Positions 1 to 16,075 of a stretch of 64,000 bases of DNA are shown piece after piece. The notes below the pieces were generated by a model, which was not told the DNA's origin, ran no database searches, and saw nothing but the letters and a program-made list of their open reading frames with translations. Numbering within the stretch: position 1 is the first letter of the stretch; each line of letters begins with the position of its first letter. The translations under genes were made by a program, and so were the position numbers. The DNA lies in assembly GCA_963700145.1 (NCBI GenBank), contig OY969474.1, positions 1,536,001 to 1,600,000 of the forward strand, in the 5' to 3' direction. This stretch comes from an uncultured Acidobacteriota bacterium (GTDB lineage Bacteria; Acidobacteriota; Thermoanaerobaculia; Multivoradales; UBA5704).

Positions 1-3720
<3,720 letters not shown>

Positions 3721-6700
3721 GTGCCGGTCGAGACCGCCAAGTTCGACCTCGTCCTCCAGCTCTTCGAGACCACGGACGGCCTCCAGGGCGGCCTCGAATT
3801 CAACCGCGACCTCTTCGACGCGACGACCGCCGAGCGGCTGCTGCGCCACTTCGCGACGCTGCTCGACGGCGCCGCCGCGGCGCCCGCGGCGCGCCTCTCC
3901 GAGCTGCCGCTCCTCACTGCGCCCGAGCGACTGCAGCTGCTCGCGGAGTGGAACGACACCGACGCTCCCTTCCCCCACGACCTCTGTCTGCACGAGCTGT
4001 TCGAGGCCCAGGCGGAGCGCGCGCCCGAGGCGGCGGCGATGGTCTGCGGCGGCGAGGAGCTCACCTATGGCGAGCTGGAGCGGCGCGCCAACCGCCTGGC
4101 GCACGCCCTGCGCGCCGGCGGCACCCGCCCCGGCGACCTCGTCGCCGTGTACCTGGAGCGCTCGGCCGACATGGTCGTCGCGGTGCTCGCGGTGCTCAAG
4201 GCGGGCGGCGCCTACGTGCCGCTCGAAGGGAGCTGGCCGGCCGACCGCGTCCACTACATCCTGGAAACCAAGGGGATCGAGCATCTGGTGACACAGGCGT
4301 CGCGCCTGCCGTTCGTGGAGGCGCTGCCGCCGCTGCCGGAGCTGCGGCAGGTCGTCTGCCCCGACCGCGACGCCGCGCTCCTCGCCGCGATGCCCGAGGA
4401 GCGGCCGCCTTGCGGCGCCGGCCCGAGCGACCTCGCCTACATCATCTTCACCTCCGGCTCCACCGGCCGCCCCAAGGGGGTCATGGTGCGCCACGAGCCG
4501 GCGGTCAACCTGGTGCACTGGGTCAACCGCCGCTTCGCCGTCGGACCGACCGACCGGGTACTCTTCATCACCACCCTCTCCTTCGACCTCTCGGTCTACG
4601 ACATCTTCGGCCTGCTGGCGGCGGGCGGCAGCGTGCGGGTGGCGTCGGCCGAGGAGGTGCGCGACCCGGCGCGGCTGGTGGAAGTACTCCGACAGGAGCC
4701 GATCACCTTCTGGGATTCCGCCCCCGCGGCCCTCCAGCAGTGCGCGGGTTTCTTCGGATCGCCTTCCACGTCTTCTCTGCGCCTGGTCTTCAACTCCGGC
4801 GACTGGATCCCCGTGACCCTGCCCGAGCGGGTCAAGGTCGCCTTCCCGGGCGCTGAGTTCATCAGCCTCGGCGGCGCCACCGAAGCCACCGTCTGGTCGA
4901 ACTACTACCCGGTCGGCGAGGTGGACCCGGCGTGGCGCAGCATCCCCTACGGCCGCCCGATCGAGAACGCGCGCTACCACGTGCTCGACGCGCACCTGAA
5001 CCCTTGTCCCATCGGCGTCACCGGCGACCTCTACATCGGCGGCCTCTGCCTCTCGGACGGCTACGCCAACGAGCCGGTGCTGACGGCGCAGAAGTACGTG
5101 CCGTCGCCCTGGGGGACGGAGCCGGGCGCGCGCCTCTACAAGACCGGCGACCGCGCGCGCTACTGGCCGGACGGCAACCTGGAGTTCCTGGGGCGGGTGG
5201 ACACCCAGGTCAAGGTGCGCGGCTTCCGCATCGAGCTGGGGGAGATCGAGAGCGTCCTCTCGGCCCACGAGGGGGTGGCGGAAGCCGTCGTCCTGGCACG
5301 CGCGGACACGCCCGGCGACCAGCGCCTCGTCGCCTACTACATCCCTGCTGGCGAGCCGGTCGATCCGGCCGAGCTGCGCCGCTGCGCCGCCGCCGCGCTG
5401 CCGGACTATATGGTCCCCGCCGCCTTCGTGGCGCGTGAGAGCTGGCCGCTCTCGCCGACCGGCAAGCTCGACCGCAAGGCCCTGCCGCCTCCCGAGCAGA
5501 GCCGCGCCGGCCACGCCGGCGACCTGCTGCCGCCGCGCACCCCGACCGAGCGGGCGGTGGCGGCGATCTGGCGCGAGGTGCTGGCGGTGGACGCCGTCGG
5601 CATCGACGAGAACTTCTTCGAGCTCGGCGGGCACTCGCTGCTGATGGCGCGCGTCCTCGCCCGGCTGCAGGCGGAGCTGGCGCCGGCGGCGACGATGGTC
5701 GAGCTCTTCCAGCACCCGACCGTCGGCGCCATCGCCGCGCACCTCGACGCGCTGCTGGCGCCGGCGGAGGAGGAGACCGCCGCGGCGCCGCGCCCGGCCG
5801 CCGCCGCCGCGCCCGCCGCGCCGCCGGCGAGCGGCAAGATCGCCGTCGTCGGCATGGCCGGCCGCTTCCCCGGCGCCCCCGACCTCGAGCGCTTCTGGCA
5901 GAACCTGCGCGACGGCGTCGAGTCGATCCGCGTCTTCTCCGACGAGGAGCTGGTCGCCGCCGGGCTCGACCCCGCCCTCCTCGCCGACCCGCGCCTGGTC
6001 AAGGCGCGCGGCGCGCTCGACGGCGCCGACCTCTTCGACGCCGCCTTCTTCGACTACCCGCCGCGCGAGGCGCAGCTCCTCGACCCGCAGCAGCGGCTCT
6101 TCCTGGAGTGCGCCTGGGAAGCGCTGGAAGACGCGGGCTACGGCGCCGACGGGTGGCGCGGCCGGGTCGGGGTCTTCGCCGGCGTCACCGAGAACACATA
6201 CGTCCACGGCCTCCTCGCCAACTCCGACCTGCTCCGCACCGTCGGCCGGCAGGCGATCTCGATCGCCAACAACCACGACTACCTGCCGACCCGCGTCTCC
6301 TACAAGCTCAACCTGCGCGGCCCGAGCATCAACGTGCAGACCGCCTGCTCGACCTCGCTCGTCGCCGTCCACCTCGCCTGCCGTGCGCTCCTCGCCGGCG
6401 ACTGCGACCTGGTGCTCGCCGGCGGCGCCTCGGTCTCGGCGCGCGAGGTCTCCGGCTACCTCTACGAGGAGGGCGGGATCGCCTCGCCCGACGGCCACAC
6501 CCGCGCCTTCGACGCGCGGGCGCGCGGCGTCGTGGGCGGCAGCGGCGCCGGCGTCGTGGTGCTCAAGCGGCTCGCCGACGCCCTCGCCGACGGCGACACG
6601 GTGCGGGCGGTGATCCGCGGCACCGCCAGCAACAACGACGGCTCGCTCAAGGTGGGCTTCACCGCGCCCTCCGTCGAGGGGCAGGCGGAGGCGATCCGCA

Positions 6701-9531
6701 ACGCCCAGCTCGCGGCCGGCGTCGATCCGGCGACGATCCAGTACGTCGAGGCACACGGCACCGGCACGGCGATGGGCGACCCGATCGAGGTGGCGGCGTT
6801 GACCCGCGCCTTCCGCGAGGCGACCGGCGAGCTAGGCTTCTGCGCCATCGGCTCGGTCAAGACCAATGTCGGCCACCTCGACGCCGCGGCCGGCGCCGCC
6901 GGGCTGATCAAGACGGTCCTCGCGCTCCAGCACCGGGAGGTGCCGCCGAGCCTCCACTTCGAGGAACCCAACCCGGCGATCGACTTCGCGGCGAGCCCCT
7001 TCTACGTCGCGGCGCGCCTCGCCCCGTGGGCGGCGCCCGACGGCCTGCCGCGGCGGGCCGGGGTCTCTTCCTTCGGCATCGGCGGCACCAACGCCCACGC
7101 CGTGCTGGAGGAGGCGCCCGAGCCGCTTCCCTCCGGGCCGGCGCGGCCGGCGCAGCTCCTGGTGCTCTCGTCCAAGACCGCGGCCGCCCTGGAGCGCGCG
7201 ACCGAGCGGCTGGCGGAGTGGCTGGAGCGGCGGCCCGAGCTCACCCCGGAGGAGCTCGCCGACGTTGCCTTCACCCTCCAGGTCGGGCGCAAGGCCTTCC
7301 GCCACCGGCGGACGCTGGTCTGCCGCGGCGCCGGCGAGGCGGTCGCGCTGCTGCGCGGCGGCGACCTGCGCCGGCTCCGGACGCACACCGCCGGCGCGCC
7401 GGCCGGCGCCACCTTTCTCTTCCCCGGCCAGGGCGCGCAGCGCCCCGGCATGGGGGCCGGGCTCTACCGCGAGGAGCCGGCCTACCGCGCGGCGCTCGAC
7501 CGCTGCTGCGAGCTACTGGCGCCGGAGCTGGGCTTCGACCTCCGTCCGCTCCTCCACGCGGCGCCGGACGACGAGGAGGCCGCGGCGCGCCTTGCCGAAA
7601 CCGCGGTGACGCAGCCGGCCCTCTTCGCGGTCGAGCACGCGCTGGCGCAGCTCTGGGTCGGCTGGGGGGTGCGCTCGGTTGCCATGCTCGGCCACTCGAT
7701 CGGCGAGTACGTCGCGGCCTGCCTGGCGGGCGTCTTTACCCTGGAGGAGGCGGTGCGGCTGGTGGCGGCGCGCGGCCGGCTGATGCAGTCGCTGCCGCCT
7801 GGAGCCATGCTCGGCGTTCCGCTGCCGGAGGCCGAGGTCGCGGGGCTTCTCGCGGCCCATCCTGAGCTCTCGCTCGCCGCCGTCAACGCGCCGGCTTCCT
7901 GCGTCGTCTCAGGTCCGCGAGAGGCGATCACGGCGTTCCGGGAAGAGCTGGGCAGGAAAGGGCTGGACACGCGACCGCTGCGCACCTCCCACGCCTTCCA
8001 TTCCGCGATGATGGAGCCCGCCCTGCCCGCCTTCCGCGAGGCCGTGGCCGGTGTCGAGCTGCGGGCGCCCGAGGTTCCCTACTTGTCCAACCTGACGGGG
8101 GCCTGGATCACCCGTGAAGAGGCAACCGATCCGGAGTACTGGGTGCGCCACCTGCGTTCGACCGTGCGTTTTGCCGATGGGCTGGCGGCCCTCTTGGGCC
8201 AGCCTGGGCGCGTGCTCCTCGAGGTGGGCCCGGGGCGCACCCTTGCGACCCTCGCCAACCAGTACCCGCAGAAAGGCGCCGCCGAGCTGATCGTCGCCAC
8301 GCTCGGGCGGCCGCAGGACAGCGCCGTCGAGCTCGATGCCCTGCTGGAGGCGGCCGGCCGGGTGTGGGCGGCCGGGCTGGAGATCGACTGGGAGCGCTTC
8401 CACGGGCCGGGGCACCGGCGGCGGGTGCCGCTGCCGACGTACCCGTTCGAGCGCAAGCGACACTGGGTGGAGTGGCGGCCGGGCAGGGCGGCGGCCGCGG
8501 TTGCGGTTCTCTCGAGCGACGACGGCGAGCGGGAGGTCGAACCGCCGGCCGAGCCCGCCGCCGGCTTCGTCCCGCCGCGCAACCCCGCCGAGGAGGGCGT
8601 CGCCGCCGCCTGGGCGGAACTCCTGGGAGTGCCGCAGGTCGGCGCCTTCGACGATTTCTTCGAGCTGGGGGGCAGCTCGCTCATGGCGGTGCAGCTCGGG
8701 AGCCGCCTGCGCGACGACTTCGGCGTCCAGCTCCCGTCCAACTTCCTGCTCGAGACCTCGACCGTGGCGGACCTCGCCGAGCGGCTCGCCGCGGCCCAGC
8801 CGGCCGCGGGCGAGGCCGCCGCCGTGCCGCGCTCCACCTGCCTCGTCCGCCTACAGCCCGGCGACGGTCGGCCGCCGCTCTTCATGGTCCACCAGGTGGG
8901 CGGCAACGTCTTCACCTTCCGCGCCCTCGGCAAGGAGCTGGGGCGCGGGCAGCCGCTCTACGGCCTCCGCTCGCTCGGCCTCGAGCCGGGCGAGGAGCCG
9001 CTCGCCTCGGTCGAAGCGATGGCCGGGCACTACCTGGCGCTGCTGCGCGAGGCGCAGCCGCGCGGCCCCTACCGCATCGGCGCCGCCTCGATGGGCGGCA
9101 TGGTGGCCTACGAGATGGCGCAGCGCCTGGCGGCGGACGGCGAGCGAGTGGCGCTGCTGGCGCTCATGGACACGCCGTGCGGCGAGCAGCTGCCGGTGCG
9201 CCCCTCGGAGGCGGAGTTCGAGGCCGCGGGGGCGGCTGCGTCCGGCGGCGACGCCGAGCAGGCGCGGCGTTTCGTCGCCGTCCTACGCGGCAACGTCCAG
9301 GCCCTCTTCGACTACCGGCCGCGCCCCTACGGCGGACCGATGCTCTTTTTCCGCGCCGCCACCCGCCGCCCGCTCGACCCGCCGCGCCCCGAGCTGCCGT
9401 GGATCGAGCTGGCGCAAGGCGGCATCGAGATCCACCTCGTCCCCGGCGATCACGAGACGATGCACGAGCCGCCGAACGTGAGCGCGATGGCCAAGGTGCT
9501 GCGCGTGCGCCTGCGCGCCGCGGGCGCCTAG
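3721..9531 (+). CDS. Hybrid NRPS-PKS terminal part: (C end)-A-PCP-KS-AT-ACP-TE
   Basis: A: [20 protein letters not shown]; PCP: FFELGGHSLL; KS: VQTACSTS, EAHGTGT, KTNVGHL; AT: GHSIG, HAFH; ACP: FFELGGSSL; TE: GAASMGG, PGDH. The true start lies upstream in the frameshifted region. Confidence 0.95.
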   Translation: MPVETAKFDLVLQLFETTDGLQGGLEFNRDLFDATTAERLLRHFATLLDGAAAAPAARLSELPLLTAPERLQLLAEWNDTDAPFPHDLCLHELFEAQAERAPEAAAMVCGGEELTYGELERRANRLAHALRAGGTRPGDLVAVYLERSADMVVAVLAVLKAGGAYVPLEGSWPADRVHYILETKGIEHLVTQASRLPFVEALPPLPELRQVVCPDRDAALLAAMPEERPPCGAGPSDLAYIIFTSGSTGRPKGVMVRHEPAVNLVHWVNRRFAVGPTDRVLFITTLSFDLSVYDIFGLLAAGGSVRVASAEEVRDPARLVEVLRQEPITFWDSAPAALQQCAGFFGSPSTSSLRLVFNSGDWIPVTLPERVKVAFPGAEFISLGGATEATVWSNYYPVGEVDPAWRSIPYGRPIENARYHVLDAHLNPCPIGVTGDLYIGGLCLSDGYANEPVLTAQKYVPSPWGTEPGARLYKTGDRARYWPDGNLEFLGRVDTQVKVRGFRIELGEIESVLSAHEGVAEAVVLARADTPGDQRLVAYYIPAGEPVDPAELRRCAAAALPDYMVPAAFVARESWPLSPTGKLDRKALPPPEQSRAGHAGDLLPPRTPTERAVAAIWREVLAVDAVGIDENFFELGGHSLLMARVLARLQAELAPAATMVELFQHPTVGAIAAHLDALLAPAEEETAAAPRPAAAAAPAAPPASGKIAVVGMAGRFPGAPDLERFWQNLRDGVESIRVFSDEELVAAGLDPALLADPRLVKARGALDGADLFDAAFFDYPPREAQLLDPQQRLFLECAWEALEDAGYGADGWRGRVGVFAGVTENTYVHGLLANSDLLRTVGRQAISIANNHDYLPTRVSYKLNLRGPSINVQTACSTSLVAVHLACRALLAGDCDLVLAGGASVSAREVSGYLYEEGGIASPDGHTRAFDARARGVVGGSGAGVVVLKRLADALADGDTVRAVIRGTASNNDGSLKVGFTAPSVEGQAEAIRNAQLAAGVDPATIQYVEAHGTGTAMGDPIEVAALTRAFREATGELGFCAIGSVKTNVGHLDAAAGAAGLIKTVLALQHREVPPSLHFEEPNPAIDFAASPFYVAARLAPWAAPDGLPRRAGVSSFGIGGTNAHAVLEEAPEPLPSGPARPAQLLVLSSKTAAALERATERLAEWLERRPELTPEELADVAFTLQVGRKAFRHRRTLVCRGAGEAVALLRGGDLRRLRTHTAGAPAGATFLFPGQGAQRPGMGAGLYREEPAYRAALDRCCELLAPELGFDLRPLLHAAPDDEEAAARLAETAVTQPALFAVEHALAQLWVGWGVRSVAMLGHSIGEYVAACLAGVFTLEEAVRLVAARGRLMQSLPPGAMLGVPLPEAEVAGLLAAHPELSLAAVNAPASCVVSGPREAITAFREELGRKGLDTRPLRTSHAFHSAMMEPALPAFREAVAGVELRAPEVPYLSNLTGAWITREEATDPEYWVRHLRSTVRFADGLAALLGQPGRVLLEVGPGRTLATLANQYPQKGAAELIVATLGRPQDSAVELDALLEAAGRVWAAGLEIDWERFHGPGHRRRVPLPTYPFERKRHWVEWRPGRAAAAVAVLSSDDGEREVEPPAEPAAGFVPPRNPAEEGVAAAWAELLGVPQVGAFDDFFELGGSSLMAVQLGSRLRDDFGVQLPSNFLLETSTVADLAERLAAAQPAAGEAAAVPRSTCLVRLQPGDGRPPLFMVHQVGGNVFTFRALGKELGRGQPLYGLRSLGLEPGEEPLASVEAMAGHYLALLREAQPRGPYRIGAASMGGMVAYEMAQRLAADGERVALLALMDTPCGEQLPVRPSEAEFEAAGAAASGGDAEQARRFVAVLRGNVQALFDYRPRPYGGPMLFFRAATRRPLDPPRPELPWIELAQGGIEIHLVPGDHETMHEPPNVSAMAKVLRVRLRAAGA

Positions 9532-9546
9532 CGCAGAATCGCCGGC

Positions 9547-10323
9547 GTGACCGGCCCCACCCTCCGCGCCGTCCTCCTCGGCGCCAGCAACGTCACCTTC
9601 TCGCTCCCCGCCTGGGTGGCGCGGCTGCGCGGGGCCGCCAGCGGGCCGGTCGAGGTGCTTACCGCCTGCGGCAACGGCCGCTCCTACGGCATCGAGAGCC
9701 GCTTCCTCTTCCTCCGGCGGCTGCCGGGCATCCTCGACTGCGGGCTCTGGGAGGAGCTGGCGCGCCGCCCGCCGCTGCCGACCGTGGCGCTGGTTGGCGA
9801 CGTCGGCAACGACATCCTCTACGAGCAGCCGGTGGAGCGGATCGCCGGCTGGGTGGACGACTCCCTGGCGCGGCTGAGCGGGCTCGGCGCGCGCACCGTC
9901 CTCGCCACCGGCTCGCTGCCGGTGATCGAAGGTGTGGGGCCGCTCCGCTACCTCGCCATGCGCACCTTCTTCTTCCCCGGCCGCACCCTGTCCTTCGCGC
10001 CGGCGCGCGAGCGGGCGCTGGCGCTCGACGCCGCGCTGCGCCGGCTCGCCGCGGCGCGCGGCGTCCCGCTTCTCGTGCCGGAGCCTTCCTGGTACCGGGG
10101 CGATCCGATCCACCTACGGCCCTCCTGTCGCGGCCTCGCCTGCGACGCCGCGCTCGCCGCCTGGGGGCTGCCCTGCCGGACGCCGGCGCCGCCCCCCGGT
10201 CCGCGCCGCCACCGCGGCCTCCCCGGCCTCCCCTTCCATCGCGAGCGCTTCTGCGGCGTGACGCTCCGCACCGCGCAGCCGGCGCACCGCTACGCCGACG
10301 GCACGAGCGTCAGCTTTTTCTAA
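9547..10323 (+). CDS. SGNH/GDSL hydrolase-like protein
   Basis: LLGASN (block I), GDVGNDIL (block III), DPIH (block V); starts 15 bp after the NRPS-PKS stop. Confidence 0.65.
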   Translation: MTGPTLRAVLLGASNVTFSLPAWVARLRGAASGPVEVLTACGNGRSYGIESRFLFLRRLPGILDCGLWEELARRPPLPTVALVGDVGNDILYEQPVERIAGWVDDSLARLSGLGARTVLATGSLPVIEGVGPLRYLAMRTFFFPGRTLSFAPARERALALDAALRRLAAARGVPLLVPEPSWYRGDPIHLRPSCRGLACDAALAAWGLPCRTPAPPPGPRRHRGLPGLPFHRERFCGVTLRTAQPAHRYADGTSVSFF

Positions 10324-10415
10324 TCGTTCGCGCCGCTGCGCGGCGAGGGGAACGGTCCTCGGCGGGCGTTGTGTCCTTCGTGTGTGTGACAGACTTGCCC
10401 GTGAGTACCGGCCAC

Positions 10416-13091
<2,676 letters not shown>

Positions 13092-13114
13092 CTTTCTTTA
13101 TCCGAGGAGGGATC

Positions 13115-13567
13115 ATGTCGAGGATCCGTTGGACCGTTCTCGCCGCCGCCGCCCCGCTCGTCCTGCTCGCCCTCGCCTGCGGCAGCGCGCCGCCGTCCGA
13201 GGGGACGTACGCCGCCGCCCCCGCCACCAAGGCCGCAGACGCCGCCACCGCGTGCGACCCGACGCCGCGCAACCACGTCATCGAGGTGGGGGGGCAGGTG
13301 AGCTGCAAGGACCCCCACGTCTCCAAGAACAATGGGAACCAGATCACTTGGCGCTCGGTGGTGGTCGGCAGCAACCTGGAGATCAAGTTCAAGCCCAAGG
13401 CCGGAGTCGATCCATTCCCCAGCCTGAGCTGCCCGGGCACCACCCCGGTGTGCAACTCGGGGCCGATCGCGGCGGCAGCGAACGGCGCCTACGACTACGA
13501 CATCTGGCTGGTGGCGTCGGGCGGCGTCAAGACGCAGATCGACCCCGGGGTGATCATCGACCCGTAG
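13115..13567 (+). CDS. Putative lipoprotein
   Basis: RBS GAGGAGG; signal peptide ending LALAC (lipobox); beta-rich mature domain with four further Cys. Confidence 0.8.
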   Translation: MSRIRWTVLAAAAPLVLLALACGSAPPSEGTYAAAPATKAADAATACDPTPRNHVIEVGGQVSCKDPHVSKNNGNQITWRSVVVGSNLEIKFKPKAGVDPFPSLSCPGTTPVCNSGPIAAAANGAYDYDIWLVASGGVKTQIDPGVIIDP

Positions 13568-13574
13568 CCGGCTC

Positions 13575-14009
13575 TCAGGTGGCGCGGACCGCGGTGTCGG
13601 CGACCTCGGGGGGCAGCGCCACGTCCCCCGGCGCCGAGGTGAGCGCCTGGCGCATCGCCTCGAGTTCGCGCAGGTGCTCCTTCTGCGCCGCCACGACGCG
13701 CAGCAGGGCGTCGGCGGTCGCCGGGTCGAGGTCGCGGATCATCTTGGGGTAGAGCACGTCGTTCTCGAAGCGCTCCTCGGCGATGGCGTCGGCGATGTCG
13801 GTGGCGCCGCCGCGCACCTGCTCGGCGGCCTCGAGGAGGGCCACGGCGAGGGCGTCCTTGGCGCCGGCCAGCCGCTGCCAGCGGCGGGCGAGGTTGGGGT
13901 GGCCGTCGCGCTCGGCGCGGGCGGCGTTGGCGCGGAAGCGGGCGGCACTGACCGCTTCGGCGGTGAAGGCGGTCTTCAGGTGCTCCTGGAAGCGCGGGAT
14001 CCTGGACAT
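13575..14009 (-). CDS. Rubrerythrin/ferritin-like protein with degenerate di-iron ligands
   Basis: AFTAEAVSAARF...A..AE.DG...LA...AIAEERFENDVLYP pattern of rubrerythrin; no rubredoxin tail. Confidence 0.75.
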   Translation of the reverse strand: MSRIPRFQEHLKTAFTAEAVSAARFRANAARAERDGHPNLARRWQRLAGAKDALAVALLEAAEQVRGGATDIADAIAEERFENDVLYPKMIRDLDPATADALLRVVAAQKEHLRELEAMRQALTSAPGDVALPPEVADTAVRAT

Positions 14010-14110
14010 GGCTGGGGATTCTATCGAAGGAAACTTCACTCGCCGGCTGGCGTAGTCTTCGGGCAGGCGTCCGGCGCCGCGATGGCGCCCGGCGGCTGCC
14101 TCCCGAACCC

Positions 14111-16075
14111 GTGAAGCGCGTCCGCCTCCTCGTCCTCGCGAGCGTCGCCGCGCTTCTCATCCTCCTCGCCCAGCTCGACCTTCCGTTCGTCAGCGCCTTC
14201 GCCACGGTGGTGGTGGCGCTCGCCGCCATCGCGCTGTTCCTGTGGCTCCTCTGGCGCGCCTTCCGCGCCTTCCTCTGGAGCGTCGGGCGGCGGCTGGCCT
14301 TCTCCTACTTCCTGCTCGGCGTGCTGCCGATCCCGATGCTGGCGCTGCTGGCGGCGGTGGCGACCTACCTGCTGGCCGGCTTCTTCCTCGGCCACCTCTA
14401 CCGCGACACTGCGCGCGCTCTGGAGGCGGACCTGACCGTCCTGGCGCGCGAGCGGCTGGCGGACTTCGCGGGCGGCGCCACCCCGGAGGGGAGCGGCCAG
14501 GCCTCCTACGCCTACTACCGCGACGGCCGGCGGATCGCGGGCGACGCGCGCGCTCCCGAGAGCTGGCCGGCGTGGGTGGCGGCGCGCAGCGCGCCGGGGA
14601 CCGCCGCGCGCGCGGGGGCGCCGCCGATCTACGCTCTCCCCGACGGCTCCCCGACCCTCGCCGCTCCGGCCGCGCGGAACGGGCGCGGCGTCCTGGCGCT
14701 GCCGGCCGGCGACCTCGACAAGAGCCTCCGCCGGCGCGGCGACTTCTGGATCGAGGTGGCGGTGCCGGAGGAGGGGGAGCCCGATTTCGTCAGCGTCGAG
14801 ATCGGCGAGAAGAAGATCCCCCTCCAGTGGTCGGCCAAGGGGGCGCGCTCGGGGGAGGCGCAGCGCTTCTTCGGCGCCCCCGACGGGGCGGGCTGGCGGG
14901 ACCGGCCGGTGCTCTGGTGGGGGGAGGCCAGCGGCCCGCTGATCGACCTGGCGACCGGCAAGGAGCTGCCGCGGTACGCGGCGGTGACCCTCAACGCCAC
15001 ACCGCGCATGGTGCAGCGCCACCTCCTCTCCGGCTCGGCCGAGGTGGACGCCGCCGCCTGGGCCCTGCTCCTCGCCGTCAGCGCCCTGCTCCTCAACCTC
15101 TACGCCGTGGCGGCCATCATGGCGGTGGTGATGATCGTCGGCCTGTCGCGGGCGGTGAACCGGCTCTCCCGCGCCACCGCGGCGGTGCGCCGCGGCGACT
15201 TCGCGGTGCGCATCCCGGGGCGCCGGCGCGACCAGGTCGGGGACCTCCAGCGCTCCTTCAACCTGATGGCCGAGAACCTGGAGTCGCTGGTCGCCACCTC
15301 GGCGCAGAAAGAGGCGCTCGAGAAGGAGCTGTCGATCGCCCGCGAGCTGCAGCAGAGCCTCATCCCGCACGACCTGCCGAGCCGCGAAGGGGTGGAGTTC
15401 GCCACCCTCTTCGAGCCCAGCGCGGCGATCGGCGGCGACTACTTCGACATCCTCTCGCTCGGCGAGCGGCGGCTCGCGGTGGTGGTGGCCGACGTCTCCG
15501 GCCACGGCCTCTCGACCGGCCTGCGCATGGCGATGCTCAAGGCCGCCCTGCTCATCCTGGTCGAGGAGGAGCGCGACCCGGAGGACATCCTCCGCCGCCT
15601 CGACCGGCTGGTGCGCTCCGATCCCGAAAGGCGGGTCTTCGTCACCGCCACCTACTCGCGCATCGACCTCGCCGCCGGCACGCTGGAGATCGTCAACGCG
15701 GGGCACCCGCCGACCTATGTGGTGCGGGGCGGGGTCGTCGAGGAGGTGCTCCTCCCCGGCTCGCCGCTGGGCGGCCTGGGGTCGACCTACGGGCGGCGGA
15801 CCCTCCAGCTCGTCCGGGGCGACCTCGTGGTCTGGCTGTCCGACGGCCTGATCGAGGCCATCGGGCCGGACGGCACCCCATTCGGCTACGACCAGGTGAT
15901 CGACACCCTCACCGGCGCGACCGGCAGCGCCGAGGCGCTGCGCAACCGGCTGCTGGCGGCGGTCGAGAAGCACGCCGCCGGCCAGCCGGTGCAGGACGAC
16001 CGGACGCTGGTGGTGATGCGCTATGGCGGCGAGGGAGGGCAGGCCCAGGGGGCGCCCGCCGGGATCGAAGGCTAG
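14111..16075 (+). CDS. Membrane PP2C/SpoIIE (RsbU-like) phosphatase with HAMP domain
   Basis: TM helices, HAMP (RRDQVGDLQRSFN), GGDYFD, ADVSGHG, NAGHPP, SDGLIEA, DDRT. Confidence 0.92.
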   Translation: MKRVRLLVLASVAALLILLAQLDLPFVSAFATVVVALAAIALFLWLLWRAFRAFLWSVGRRLAFSYFLLGVLPIPMLALLAAVATYLLAGFFLGHLYRDTARALEADLTVLARERLADFAGGATPEGSGQASYAYYRDGRRIAGDARAPESWPAWVAARSAPGTAARAGAPPIYALPDGSPTLAAPAARNGRGVLALPAGDLDKSLRRRGDFWIEVAVPEEGEPDFVSVEIGEKKIPLQWSAKGARSGEAQRFFGAPDGAGWRDRPVLWWGEASGPLIDLATGKELPRYAAVTLNATPRMVQRHLLSGSAEVDAAAWALLLAVSALLLNLYAVAAIMAVVMIVGLSRAVNRLSRATAAVRRGDFAVRIPGRRRDQVGDLQRSFNLMAENLESLVATSAQKEALEKELSIARELQQSLIPHDLPSREGVEFATLFEPSAAIGGDYFDILSLGERRLAVVVADVSGHGLSTGLRMAMLKAALLILVEEERDPEDILRRLDRLVRSDPERRVFVTATYSRIDLAAGTLEIVNAGHPPTYVVRGGVVEEVLLPGSPLGGLGSTYGRRTLQLVRGDLVVWLSDGLIEAIGPDGTPFGYDQVIDTLTGATGSAEALRNRLLAAVEKHAAGQPVQDDRTLVVMRYGGEGGQAQGAPAGIEG

